A stretch of DNA of 64,000 nt from Nitrososphaerota archaeon (GCA_009903775.1 WYEM01000040.1:14781-78780), one strand, 5' to 3'; positions 39,892 through 49,883 are shown, counted from the stretch's first letter. Notes: a model not told the origin generated them from the letters alone. Numbers and translations are program-made.

Positions 39892-40702
39892 CTCGGGCGC
39901 CGGTCCCCAGAGGTTCCCCGAGCCCGGGGATCTCGTAGTGGGCACCGTGACGAGCGTGGAGTCCTTCGGCCTCTACGTGTCGCTCGACGAGTACGGCGGC
40001 ATCCGCGGGTTCGTCCCCGTCAAGGAGATACCGAGCACCATGACTAGGAACCTGGTCAGCTACTTCAAGCCGAAGCAGAAGGTGGTGCTGAAGGTCCTCT
40101 ACTCCAACCCGGACAGGCTCCAGGTGGATCTATCGCTCAGGCGCGTGACTGATGATGAGAGGAGGAAGAAGATGCAGGATTATAAGCAGGAGGTGGGGGC
40201 CCGCCGCGTGCTGGACGTCGCCGCGTCCAGGGCGGGCATCAAGGACGACGGCCGGATAAGGTCCGCGCTGGTCCAGGCGTTCGGGAGCCTCCAGGAATCG
40301 CTGCGGGCGCTCAGCCGGGACCGGGAGGGGGTGCTCAAGGTCATCGCGGAGGCCGCCAAGGGAGTGGACCGGAAGGCGCTGGAGACGTATCTGGACGTGG
40401 CGGCGCAGTTCGCCTCGGAGAGGCTCAAGCCCAAGAGGGCCGTGCTCTCGGCGGAGATCAAGGCGTACTCGCCGGCGCCGAATGGCATAGAGGTCGTGAA
40501 GAGCGCGCTCTCCGGCGCCGCGGAGGCCGCGCGCTCCCTCGGCGTTAACGTGCGCTTGACCTACGCGGGGAGCCCGCGCTACCTCCTCAGGATAGACGCC
40601 GACAACTACAAGGTCGCGGAGGCCGCCCTGGCGGCCTTCTCCGAAGCGGCGCAGGAATCGTTAAGGGGCAGGGGGCACTTCGAGCTCCTCCGGGGCAAAT
40701 GA
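39884..40702 (+). CDS. eif2a: Translation initiation factor aIF2 alpha
   Basis: PE.GDLV.GTV, LDEY, VDLSLRRV and GSPRY motifs. Confidence 0.95.
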   Translation: MTDSGAGPQRFPEPGDLVVGTVTSVESFGLYVSLDEYGGIRGFVPVKEIPSTMTRNLVSYFKPKQKVVLKVLYSNPDRLQVDLSLRRVTDDERRKKMQDYKQEVGARRVLDVAASRAGIKDDGRIRSALVQAFGSLQESLRALSRDREGVLKVIAEAAKGVDRKALETYLDVAAQFASERLKPKRAVLSAEIKAYSPAPNGIEVVKSALSGAAEAARSLGVNVRLTYAGSPRYLLRIDADNYKVAEAALAAFSEAAQESLRGRGHFELLRGK

Positions 40703-40896
40703 GGCCCAGGCTTCTGCGCATATGCCGCAGGTGTTACAGGTACACGTTCGAGCGGTCCTGCCCCATCTGCGGGGGTCCGACCGAACTGGCGCATCCCCCG
40801 CCATTCTCGCCCGACGACAGATACCTCGAGCTGAGGGTCCGCGCAATGAGGGGCGGAGGCGATGGGGACGGAGCCGAGGAGGGCGATCGCGACCGA
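40699..40896 (+). CDS. nop10: H/ACA sRNP protein Nop10 (65 aa if CGA 40894 terminates; standard stop only at 41718)
   Basis: C..C..YT....CP.CG..T..AHPP.FSPDD.Y; conserved position after aIF2a. Confidence 0.9.
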
Positions 40897-41671
40897 GCTG
40901 AAGGTCCGCGGGGTGGCGGTCAGGGCCCCCCTGACGTCGAGGGTGGGGGACATCGGGTCGCACATAGCCTCCGAGCTCGCCGCCTCCGGCGTCGGGCTGC
41001 GCAGGGGGGACGTGCTGGTGGTGTCCTCCAAGTACGTGGCGATAGGCCAGGGGCGCGTCTATCACCTGGAGGCGGTGTCCGCGCTCGGCGATGCGCGCGC
41101 GATAGCCCTGGAGGCGGGCTCGCAGCCCGAGTTCGTGGAGCTGGCGCTCAGGGAGTCCAGCCGCTTCCTCGGGCACGCGCTCGGCATAGTGATAACCGCC
41201 AGGCCCGAGGGCATAACCCCGAACTCGTCCATCGACAGGTCCAACGCGCCGGGCGGCGCCGTGGTGCTCCCGCCGAGCAGGCCATTCAGGACCGCCGACG
41301 AGATAAGGTGGAAGCTCGAGAGGGCTGCCGACGGCCCCGTCGGCGTCGTGATCGCGGACAGCCGCGTCCTCCCCATGCGCAGGGGGACCGTCGGCGTGGC
41401 GGTCGCGTACTCGGGCCTCGAGGGGGTCCTGGACGAGCGCGGCTCCCCGGACATCTTCGGGCGGAGGCTGCGCCACACCTATCGCGCGATCGCCGACGAA
41501 GTGGCCTCCGCCGCCGAGCTCGTGATGGGGGAATCGGGGGAGATGACGCCCATGGCCGTTGTGAGCGGTCTGGGCGACCTGGTGGACGCAGTCGCGCACT
41601 CGTCGCGCGAGACCTACGTGAGCCCGTCCGAATGCTTATACTTCAGGGCGATCTCGGGCTCCAGGGGATGA
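40862..41671 (+). CDS. cofE: Coenzyme F420-0:L-glutamate ligase-like protein
   Basis: GDVLVVSSK, NSSIDRSN, IADS, RRGTVGVA, DIFGR and ADE motifs. Confidence 0.88.
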   Translation: MGTEPRRAIATELKVRGVAVRAPLTSRVGDIGSHIASELAASGVGLRRGDVLVVSSKYVAIGQGRVYHLEAVSALGDARAIALEAGSQPEFVELALRESSRFLGHALGIVITARPEGITPNSSIDRSNAPGGAVVLPPSRPFRTADEIRWKLERAADGPVGVVIADSRVLPMRRGTVGVAVAYSGLEGVLDERGSPDIFGRRLRHTYRAIADEVASAAELVMGESGEMTPMAVVSGLGDLVDAVAHSSRETYVSPSECLYFRAISGSRG

Positions 41672-41787
41672 TGAGACTGATCTGCTGGCCCATCGATGGC
41701 CGGATGCACCTCTCCTGATCCCGCCCCATAGCACCCCTCAGGCCTACGCTTATAGAGGGCGACCCCCGACGCCGCGGCAGCCGCGCG

Positions 41788-43455
41788 ATGGCCCGCTGGA
41801 TAGTGTGCTCGGCTTGGCCCTACGCGAACTCGATCCCCCACCTGGGGACGTTCATGCACCTGCTCTCGGCCGACGTCTACGCGCGCTACCTGCGCATGAG
41901 TGGGGAGGAGGTGATCGCGGTCTCCGGATCCGATGAGCACGGGACCCCGATAGAGGTGGAGGCGCTGCGCCGCGGGGTCGATCCCCGCTCGATAACCGAC
42001 GCCAACCACTCGGCCATACTGCGCCTCCTGCGCGAGTACTCCGTCGGGGAGCTCTACTACACGCGCACGGAGTCGCCCGTCCACAGGGAGTTCGTCGCCG
42101 AGTTCTACCGCAGGGTCGAGGACAACGGCTACGTGTTCAGGGAGGAGGTCGAGATGCCGTTCTGCCCCAGGGACGGGATCTTCCTCCCCGACCGCTTCGT
42201 GGTGGGCACGTGCCCCTTCTGCGGGTACGAGAACGCGAAGGGAGACCAGTGCGACCGCTGCGGCAAGCTGCTGGAGCCCACGATGCTCATAGGGCCCAGG
42301 TGCGCCATCTGCGGCTCGACGCCGGAGATCAGGAGGACTGTCCACTGGTACTTCGACCTCCCCAGGTTCGCCGGGGCGCTGCGCGAGTACATATCGTCGA
42401 ACGACAGGCTGCCGGACAACGCGAGGAACGCCAGCCTCCGCATGCTCGACGAGGGCCTCAGGCCGAGGGCCCTCACGCGCGACAACAGGTGGGGGATACC
42501 GGCCCCCTTCCGCGGCGCCGAGGGCAAGACCATCTACGTCTGGATGGAGGCGGTCCTGGGGTACCTATCGGCGGTGAAGGAGCTGGGGATGCTGAGGGGG
42601 GACCCGGGCCTCTTCGACCGGTTCTGGAGGACCCCGGGCTCGAGGCCCGTCTGCTTCATAGGGAAGGACAACGTCCCCTTCCACACGATAATATTCCCGG
42701 CCCTCCTCATGGCGTCGGGCGACGGCTACGTCCTCCCCTGGCAGGTGTCCTCGACGGAGTACGTGACCTTCGGCGGCGAGAAGTTCTCGAAGAGCGCGGG
42801 CATAGGGGTCTGGATGGATAAGGCGCTGAACGTGGCGGACGGCGAGACCTGGAGGTTCGTGGCGATGTACATGAGGCCTGAGTCGAGGGACGTGAGCTTC
42901 TCATGGGAGGAGTTCGCCAGGGTGGTGAACTCCGAGCTGAACGACAACCTGGGGAACTACGTGCACAGGGTGCTCACGCTGGCGCGCAGGCGGTACGGGC
43001 CCGAGCGGCCGAGCTGCGGGGGAGCGCGCTCGGGCCCGATGGCCGCGGCGGCCTCCGCCACCCTGGCGCGCTACGCGTCGGACATGGACTCGTTCAGGAT
43101 ACGCGAGGGCGCTAGGAGGATCCTGGAGCTTTCGGCGGCCGGCAACGAGCGCCTCAGCTCCGACAGGCCCTGGGAGCTCATGAGGAGCCCCGGCCCCGAT
43201 CTCGACGCCTCGCTCTGCGACCATCTGGCGGCGCTCGACGCCCTGGCGATCATGTCTTACCCGTTCATGCCGTCCAGGGCAGAGGAACTTTGGCGCTCGC
43301 TGGGCCGCGCGGGCTCCCCGGCCGACTCGCGCCTCTCGCCGCCCGCCCTCCCGCGCGGCCCCCTCGGGGAGCCAAGGCCCCTCTTCAGGAAGGTCCCCGA
43401 ATCCCCGGAGGAGCTCCAGGGGCTGTACGAGGGGCGGAGCGAGGGAAAAGGATAA
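41788..43455 (+). CDS. metG: Methionine-tRNA ligase
   Basis: AWPYAN..PHLG, GSDEHG, YVW, GKDN and KFSKS motifs. Confidence 0.97.
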   Translation: MARWIVCSAWPYANSIPHLGTFMHLLSADVYARYLRMSGEEVIAVSGSDEHGTPIEVEALRRGVDPRSITDANHSAILRLLREYSVGELYYTRTESPVHREFVAEFYRRVEDNGYVFREEVEMPFCPRDGIFLPDRFVVGTCPFCGYENAKGDQCDRCGKLLEPTMLIGPRCAICGSTPEIRRTVHWYFDLPRFAGALREYISSNDRLPDNARNASLRMLDEGLRPRALTRDNRWGIPAPFRGAEGKTIYVWMEAVLGYLSAVKELGMLRGDPGLFDRFWRTPGSRPVCFIGKDNVPFHTIIFPALLMASGDGYVLPWQVSSTEYVTFGGEKFSKSAGIGVWMDKALNVADGETWRFVAMYMRPESRDVSFSWEEFARVVNSELNDNLGNYVHRVLTLARRRYGPERPSCGGARSGPMAAAASATLARYASDMDSFRIREGARRILELSAAGNERLSSDRPWELMRSPGPDLDASLCDHLAALDALAIMSYPFMPSRAEELWRSLGRAGSPADSRLSPPALPRGPLGEPRPLFRKVPESPEELQGLYEGRSEGKG

Positions 43456-43479
43456 TCGCGCCCCGGGCGCACGCCGGTC

Positions 43480-43551
43480 GGGCCGGTAGTTCAGGGGTAG
43501 AACGCCTGCCTTGCACGCAGGAGGTCGGGGGTTCGAGTCCCCCCCGGTCCA
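43480..43551 (+). tRNA. tRNA-Ala(TGC)
   Basis: CCTGC-CTTGCAC-GCAGG; G3:U70 pair. Confidence 0.95.
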
Positions 43552-43612
43552 CTCCGCGGCGCCATCCCTGGCGGTCGAACGACTTCCAGATGTCGCGCCG
43601 TTCGGAGGATCG

Positions 43613-44891
43613 CTATCCGAGCATCAGGTAGATGAAGGCCGAGTAGACCGCCACGTTGACCAGCGTCACCAGGGCGCCGACCTCCGCGAACCGCGCGAAA
43701 GATATCGTCCTGCCGTGCCTGGACTCCAGGGATTCCAGCACTATTATGTTGGAAGCCGCCCCCAGGAGGGTGAGGTTCCCGGCGATCGTGGACGAATAGG
43801 CCAGGGTCAGCCAGGCCCAGGCGGACCCGGGTCCGTAGCCGATCCCCCTCATGTACTCGATGAACAGGTTCACGAAGGGGACGTTGCTGAGCAGCTGGCT
43901 GAGCCCCAGGGACACGGCGCTTATCTGGAGGATGCCCACCATGCCTGAGGTCGCGCTGGGCATCAGCAGGCGCGCGAGCCAGTAGAACAGCCCGCTCCTC
44001 CACACCCCATACATCGTGATGAACATTGATATGAAGAATATCACGGTGCCCCACTCGACCCCCCTCAGGGCCTCCCTCGGGTCCCTGACGAACAGGTATG
44101 TGCCGGCCGCCACGACGAACGGTATGAAGCCGACGTTCTGCACGTGCGGGAGCCCCCTCAGCTCCAGCAGGTCGTTCACCACGAGCGCCGCGACGGCCGT
44201 CGAGAGCCCCGCCGCCGCGATCACGGCGTCCCTCCTGTCCCTCAGCTGGGGGCGCTCGCGGCCTCCACCGGGCTCGGCGGCGCCGCGGTAGAAGGCCATG
44301 ATTATAGGGGGGAGCAGGAGCAGGTTGATCAGCGTCGGGATCGCCAGGTACTTCACGAACGTCAGGAAAGGCGCCTCCATGCCCGATTCCACGGCTATCA
44401 GGACGTTCTGGGGGTTCCCGATGGGGGGTGAACACGGAGCCCACGGTGAGCGAGAACATCAGCAGGAGCACCATAGCCTCCGGGTCCACGCCCGCCGAGT
44501 AGGCGGCCGAGAGCGCGATGGGAACGCCCGCCATGGCGACTGTGTCGTTCACCGAGACTGCGGCCAGGAGCCCGAAGAGCAGCGAGGCCGCGGTCATCAT
44601 CCCCAGCCTCGACCTGAAGGCGCCCAGGAAGCGGTACGACAGGTAGTCCAGCAGCCCCGCATGTTCGGCTATGGACACTAGGCTGAACATACCTATCAGG
44701 AAGAGCACGACGTCGTAGTTCACTGCCTCGCCTATGCTGTCGACCGGCACGAGCCCCAGGACGACGCTCAGGAAGGCCAGGAAGGACATGAAGGACCAGA
44801 TGGGCACCCTGGGATACCTGACCCTGACCACCAGGAAGATTGTCAGTGAAGCCAGCATTGCGCCGGCCGCCAGCTCGCCGAAGCCGGGCAT
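43613..44891 (-). pseudogene. ArsB/NhaD-type anion permease, +1 frameshift in a C6 run (44423-44428)
   Basis: NDT, GSVFTP|IGNPQN split by one extra C; SQLLSNVP and STIAGNLT..GAASN motifs. Confidence 0.85.
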
Positions 44892-44989
44892 GTGCGCCGG
44901 GCAACAAAGGCTCTCGAGATAAACTTGAGGGATGTCGCGCCCCGCGCGGGGATCCTCGACCTGCGGGCGCCGGCTCGGGGGCGCGCAGC

Positions 44990-45075
44990 TGGTGCGGGGG
45001 GTGGGATTCGAACCCACGAACCCCTTCGGGACGGGGGCCTAAGCCCCGCGCCTTTGGCCGCTCGGCAACCCCCGC
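44990..45075 (-). tRNA. tRNA-Leu(TAG)
   Basis: CGGGG-CTTAGGC-CCCCG; long variable arm; CCA encoded. Confidence 0.95.
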
Positions 45076-45162
45076 GCTCCGTCGATCTGGCGCTCCTCAC
45101 TAAAAGCGTTCCCCGCGCGGGTTGCGAAATCGTTTTAGACGGGCTCGTTCGAGACGACCGGA

Positions 45163-45270
45163 GCCGGGGTGCCCGAGCGGCTAAGGGGCAGGCCTCGAGA
45201 TCGCAGCGTGCAGGGCTGGAGAGCCTGTGGGCGAAAGCCCGTGTGGGTTCGAATCCCACCCCCGGCGCCA
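45163..45270 (+). tRNA. tRNA-Ser(CGA) with about 22-nt intron (45200-45221)
   Basis: CAGGC-CT-CGA-G|intron|A-GCCTG; long variable arm; G73-CCA. Confidence 0.9.
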
Positions 45271-45612
45271 CGCTCTGCGTGGAGCAGCTGCGACTCACCG
45301 CGTCCCCTATCGAGCATGGGTCGATCGACGGCGGCACCGGCTCGCGCGGGGCAGCTCGATGCGCCGATTGGATCATCGTCTCGATTCCCGTGCCGCATGT
45401 CTGAGCGTCGGCGCGCATTCCGAGCAATATTTAATATGGTCGACGTAATAGTCATCCACGGTTGGAACGACTCGCAGAAGGCGGCGTTCGACAAGTTCGC
45501 GGGGGACGTCATGGCGATGGCGAAGGGCGGGAAGCTGCCGCCGGGCCTCAAGCTCCAGGAGGTCTTCCTTGCCAAGGGCAAGAACGTGGCGATCTGCAGG
45601 TGGAGCGTTGAC

Positions 45613-47128
45613 AAAATGAACGGCAAGCCTCGCCCCTTCCAGGGGTGGGGTGAAAGCTTTTAAATTCAAGCCACTATTTTCCCTCCGGATGCCAGCCTCC
45701 GGTCAACTTCTCGGAGATGAGGGGCGGGAGCCGATTTCTCCCGCGATACCGGGGGAGGGCATCCAAGAAGTCAAGCACGCGGGCAGGAGGACGAACGTGG
45801 TCCGCCTCCTGCCGAGCGGCTCCCAGGGGAGGAGGCTCAGGAGGTTAGCTAGCGTCTCGGCGAGGCTCTTCAACGAGGTCAACTACGAGAGGAGGCAGCA
45901 GTTCTTCCGCGGGGAGGGAGTGGACTTAGAGGGCACATACCGCAAATATTATGAGAAATATAGAAGCGTGCTCGGCGTCAACGCGCAGCAGGTGCTCAAT
46001 AAGAACAACGAGGCCTGGAGCTCGTTCTTCTCCCTGCTGAAGCTGAGGAAGGAGGGGAAGCTGCCGCCCCACATGAGGCGCGTCGGCCCGCTGCGTTACT
46101 GGAAAGATAGGGGGAGTAAGGAGAGGAGGCTCATACTGGTAGTCAGGCAGGACAGATATATGGTGGATGAGCAAAATCACAGACTAGTCCTGAGGGACTT
46201 CGGCCTCGAGATAGAGTTCGCGGGCGGGCTGAGGTGGCACGGAAAGCAGGGCAGGCTGGAGATACGCCACGACGAGGCGAGGGGGGCCTGGCACGCCTCC
46301 ATGCCAGTTGAGGTCGGAGTTGAGACCACTAGGAACGGTAATAGGTCGAAGCATATCGTTCGCGGGGAGAGGAAATCGATCCGGATCGCGGGGCCGAGGG
46401 GCAATGAAGCCGCGGGGGTGGACCTAGGGATCAATATACTAGCGAGCGCTGTGACGAGCAGTGGTACTTGGCTCCTCTACAGGGGGTCGAGGGCCAAGGA
46501 GGAATTCTTCTACCTCACCAGGAAAATAGCCAAGATACAGTCCGAGGCGGACATCGCCAGGAACGCGGGCGACGAGGCTAAGTCCCTGAGGCAGAACAGG
46601 AGGAAGCGGAGGCTGTTCCGGAAGCTGGTGGGGCGCATGGCGCACCTGTATTGGAACCTGGCCAACCATCTGGTGAGGAGCCTCTGGGAGCTCGGCGTGT
46701 CTAGGATCTACATCGGATATCCATTCATCATTGCGCAGGAGAGGGGGAACAAGCTCACCTCCAACCTCTGGACCTACCGCAAGTTGATGGACGCGATCGA
46801 GCTGAAGGCCCAGGAGTACGGCATCCGCGTGTACGAGGTCCTGGAGTACAGCACCTCTAATCACTGCGCTATCCACGGGACGAAGGTGGCGAGGGGCCCG
46901 AGGGGAGTGGTGAAGTGCCCGCTCGGGCACAAGCTACACTCGGATCTCAACGGGGCTCTCAACATACTGAGGCGCGGCGCGGGCTCGATCCCGGCAACGC
47001 TCGAAGGGCCGCTCTCCTTCCTCGTGGACCACGGCGGAGTAGCGCCCGCCAAGGGGGCGTAACCGGCGAGACCCCGCCCCGGGATCCCCCGGGGAACCCC
47101 CGCCCTAGAAGGGCGGGGAGGGGGTCAG
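45613..47128 (+). mobile_element. IS200/IS605-family tnpB-only (IS1341-like) element
   Basis: Follows TTGAC; subterminal GC hairpins; ends ...GGGGTCAG; no TSD; host ORF rejoins exactly. Confidence 0.9.
45688..47062 (+). CDS. tnpB: RNA-guided endonuclease TnpB
   Basis: LFNEVNYERRQ, RuvC-I GVDLG, GYP/EYSTS, Zn finger and RuvC-III HSDLNGALNI. Confidence 0.93.
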
Positions 47129-47338
47129 AGCATCGATCACCTGCTGCAGGTCGCCGGTTCCCTCAAGCCGAGCTGGAAGGTAGACGCGTACGAGGTCAAC
47201 ACCGCATATCGCGCGTAGCGCCGATTGCCGGGGGCCTCGAGGTCCATCCGGCGATCCCGCTCCTCCCTCTCCCCCCTTTTGCGATCGGGGACCTCTACTA
47301 TGTCCGTACCACCCTTACTACTAGAACTTTACAGCTGA

Positions 47339-47370
47339 AAGCCTCGCCCTTTGGGGTGGGGAGGAGGTCG
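47339..47370 (+). repeat. Isolated IS605-type right-end remnant
   Basis: AAGCCTCGCCCTTTGGGGTGGGGAGGAGGTC resembles the RE hairpin plus GGAGGTCA. Confidence 0.55.
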
Positions 47371-47493
47371 GACGCCTGCGCGATGTCCCCCTGGCCGGCC
47401 CGTGGGGCATACCTCCTCCGGGGCCCGGCCTGTCCTCCGTGGACGATCCGATCAGGTCAACCGCCCGGCGCCACGCGCGATTTCCCTGGGTAG

Positions 47494-47569
47494 TGCGGCG
47501 GGCGGGATTCGAACCCGCGATTGCTGGCTTGGAGGGCCAGCGTCCTAGTCCAGACTAGACGACCGCCGC
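47494..47569 (-). tRNA. tRNA-Gly(TCC) with unusual C33
   Basis: CTGGC-CCTCCAA-GCCAG; normal D and T arms. Confidence 0.9.
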
Positions 47570-47594
47570 AATCGCGGCCACGGCCCGCCGGCCT

Positions 47595-48287
47595 TTAAGC
47601 GTTAGCGGGCCGGAGCGCCTTCTCGACCTCATAGATCAAGCGGCACGCCAGCAGGCTCGCGCTGTACGAGGTCCCACCGAGGGACACCTGCTCGCCGAAG
47701 AGCCCCAGGACCTCGCCCGAGAAGTCGCCGGCCGGGAAGCCCCCTATGCCCACGAGCGGCCTGTCGGAGGCTGAGAGCTCGCGCGCGAGCTCCTCGAGTG
47801 CCATGGGCGTGCCGGATTCCCTCAGGAGGACGGCGCGATCCGGCGAGAGCTCCGAAAGCAGTTCGCCGAGGGATGCGCGCCTCATCCTGAGCAGGACGTT
47901 GCCCGCGCTGTCGCGCACGATGCCCTTCACGTAGAGGTCCTCGAGCAGCCCCACGAACCTGTGGTAGGACCTGGGCAGGCGGACCCGCTCGCCCACCTCC
48001 AAGACCATGCCATCGCGGGTGCTGACGTACAATCCGAGGCCCCCCGACGCGTAGAGCGGCGAATCAACCGCGTCCAACAATATATGGTACGGGATGTCGG
48101 GCCTCCCCCTCTTGGCGGAGTCCTCGAGCCTCCTCATCGCTGCGTGGTGATAGCTCCTGTCCAGGAGCATGCGGGAGGGGTCCTTTCCCGTCCTCGCGGC
48201 GTGCTTCCTCACGGCGGGGTGCCCCAGCAGCTCGCGCGGCACCAGCTCCACAGCTGCCTCCACTATCACTAGGAGGAGCCTTTTCAC
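47595..48287 (-). CDS. nep1: Nep1/Emg1 rRNA pseudouridine methyltransferase
   Basis: LLDRSYHH.AM, KRGRPDI, RLPRSY.RF.GL and IGGFP.GDF motifs. Confidence 0.95.
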   Translation of the reverse strand: MKRLLLVIVEAAVELVPRELLGHPAVRKHAARTGKDPSRMLLDRSYHHAAMRRLEDSAKRGRPDIPYHILLDAVDSPLYASGGLGLYVSTRDGMVLEVGERVRLPRSYHRFVGLLEDLYVKGIVRDSAGNVLLRMRRASLGELLSELSPDRAVLLRESGTPMALEELARELSASDRPLVGIGGFPAGDFSGEVLGLFGEQVSLGGTSYSASLLACRLIYEVEKALRPANA

Positions 48288-48342
48288 GTCGGCGCAGACC
48301 CCCCGGCGAAATTAAAAAAACAGGGGCACGCGTCGTTTCGGC

Positions 48343-48705
48343 GTGCGAAGGGGCAGGCTCGTCCGCTCGGTGGCGCTGGACGCGCTCTACCTGTCAGCTA
48401 GGTACGGGGGCGAGCCGGGGGAGCTCCTAGCCAGGTATGCCAGGGAGCTCCTCGAGAAGGCGGGCGAGAGGAAACCCTACGAGTACAGGTTGGTGTATTG
48501 CAGGAAGTGCAAGAGGTACTCCCCGGTCGGCGTCACTCGCAGCGTGCGCCTCAGGAGGGGCTACGTGGTCCTCCACTGTGAGGTCTGCGGCTCGATCAGC
48601 CGCGTGTGGTACGGGGGCGCTGCGGCCCGCCGGCGCGGGCGGGCGCACAAAGCCTATTATGCCCCCCGGGGCTCACGTGGGACTGGGAATGCCGACAGTA
48701 TACGA
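48343..48705 (+). CDS. rnp4: RNase P protein Rpp21 (CGA at 48703; standard stop 48831)
   Basis: YCRKC...RVRL-like...CEVCG..R; precedes rps19e. Confidence 0.75.
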
Positions 48706-49159
48706 TGTCCCACCGGACGCGCTCATCGCCAAGCTGGCGGAGTACCTCAAGCAGCAGTTCCCGGAGATCAGGCCCCCCGACTGGTCGCTCTACGTCAAGA
48801 CGTCGAGCGACCGCGAGAGGCCGCCGGCTGACAGGGACTGGTGGTACGTGCGCTGCGCCTCGGTGCTGAGGAAGGTCTACATACACGGGCCGCTCAGCGT
48901 CAAGGACCTGCGCTCCGAGTACGGGGGGAGGGCCAGGAAGCGCGTCGCCCCCGCGCATCACGTCAGGTCCGGCAGCTCGATAGTGAGGCACGTCCTGCAC
49001 CAGCTGGAGGCCGTGGGACTCATCGAGAAGACTCCGAAGGGGAGGGTCATCACCTCCAAGGGCAGGAGCATCCTGGACGCCATAAGCACGGAGATTTTCA
49101 AGGAAATGGTTAAGGCGGACCCGAGCTCGCCGATTAAGCGGGTGTTGGCGGGGAGTTGA
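48689..49159 (+). CDS. rps19e: Ribosomal protein S19e
   Basis: TVYDVP, WWYVR.AS.LRK, YGG and LQQLE-like motifs. Confidence 0.97.
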   Translation: MPTVYDVPPDALIAKLAEYLKQQFPEIRPPDWSLYVKTSSDRERPPADRDWWYVRCASVLRKVYIHGPLSVKDLRSEYGGRARKRVAPAHHVRSGSSIVRHVLHQLEAVGLIEKTPKGRVITSKGRSILDAISTEIFKEMVKADPSSPIKRVLAGS

Positions 49160-49443
49160 GCTGGGATCAGCGCGGCCAGCCGGAGGGCGCGAGGGAGGAG
49201 GAGCGCGCCAAGGAGCGCGCGCTCAGGGAACAATATCTGCGCATATTCCTGACCTCCGAGGCCAGGGAGAGGCTGGCCAACGTGAGGATGGTCAGGCCCG
49301 AGGTCGCGGAGCAGGTCGAGAGCTACGTTCTGCAGCTGGGCCTAGCGGGCAAGATAAGGAGGCCCATAGACGACGACGAGCTGCGCGAGATACTGGAGAG
49401 GTTCACCCCCAAGCAGCGCGAGATAAGATTTAAGTTCATTTAG
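49156..49443 (+). CDS. PDCD5-like DNA-binding protein
   Basis: LT.EARERLAN.RMVRPE.A..VE motif. Confidence 0.92.
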   Translation: MSWDQRGQPEGAREEERAKERALREQYLRIFLTSEARERLANVRMVRPEVAEQVESYVLQLGLAGKIRRPIDDDELREILERFTPKQREIRFKFI

Positions 49444-49459
49444 GGGGCGAAGCCCGCCC

Positions 49460-49615
49460 ATGAGCAGCAGGAAGACGTCGGGGGAGAAGATCCGCTACAT
49501 GGCGTACCTGAAGTCAAACAGGCCGCCGCCCGCCTGGGTAATCGTGAGGACCAAGCGCAGGGTGATGCGCAGCCCCGCGCAGCGGAACTGGAGGACGCAC
49601 AAGCTAGACATCTGA
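49460..49615 (+). CDS. rpl39e: Ribosomal protein L39e
   Basis: MSSRK..EK...K.NR..P.WV..RT...RNWR...L; below the ORF-track cutoff. Confidence 0.93.
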   Translation: MSSRKTSGEKIRYMAYLKSNRPPPAWVIVRTKRRVMRSPAQRNWRTHKLDI

Positions 49616-49616
49616 G

Positions 49617-49883
49617 GTGGTGGGCTTGGGCGCCGAGGAGCGCACTTACACGATACCGCTCGGCAGGGTGGTCCTCGCGCCCAGGTACAAGCGCGCGGAG
49701 CGGGCCGTGAGGATCATCAGGGAATTCGTGGCGCGTCACCTGCGCGTGGAGCCCGGCTCCGTGAGGCTGGACCCGGCGCTGAACGAGATCCTGTGGTCCA
49801 GGGGTATGGGCGCGGGGGGACTGCGGAGGATAAGGGTCAAGGTCACCAAGGAGGAGGAGACCTACAGGGTGTCCCCCTCCTAG
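49617..49883 (+). CDS. rpl31e: Ribosomal protein L31e
   Basis: ERTYTIPL, KRA.RA..IREF and LNE.LW.RG motifs. Confidence 0.95.
   Translation: MVGLGAEERTYTIPLGRVVLAPRYKRAERAVRIIREFVARHLRVEPGSVRLDPALNEILWSRGMGAGGLRRIRVKVTKEEETYRVSPS

Larger units (their letters stand above)
45436..47218 (+). pseudogene. Small (88 aa) protein gene split by the TnpB element
   Basis: 45436-45612 (...ICRWSVD) joins in frame to 47129-47218 (SIDHLLQ...AYRA*). Confidence 0.8.

Noticed and set aside
40897-41718. C-terminal part of the 339-aa Nop10 ORF as a novel domain
   Set aside because: It is the out-of-frame shadow of cofE.
45163-45270. tRNA with anticodon CGA as linked to the CGA-codon anomaly
   Set aside because: Anticodon CGA reads the Ser codon UCG; it is an ordinary tRNA-Ser. 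The relevant tRNA-Arg(TCG) is not in this window.
45613-47128. Self-splicing IStron
   Set aside because: The left end is only about 75 nt before tnpB, leaving no room or motifs for a group I intron.
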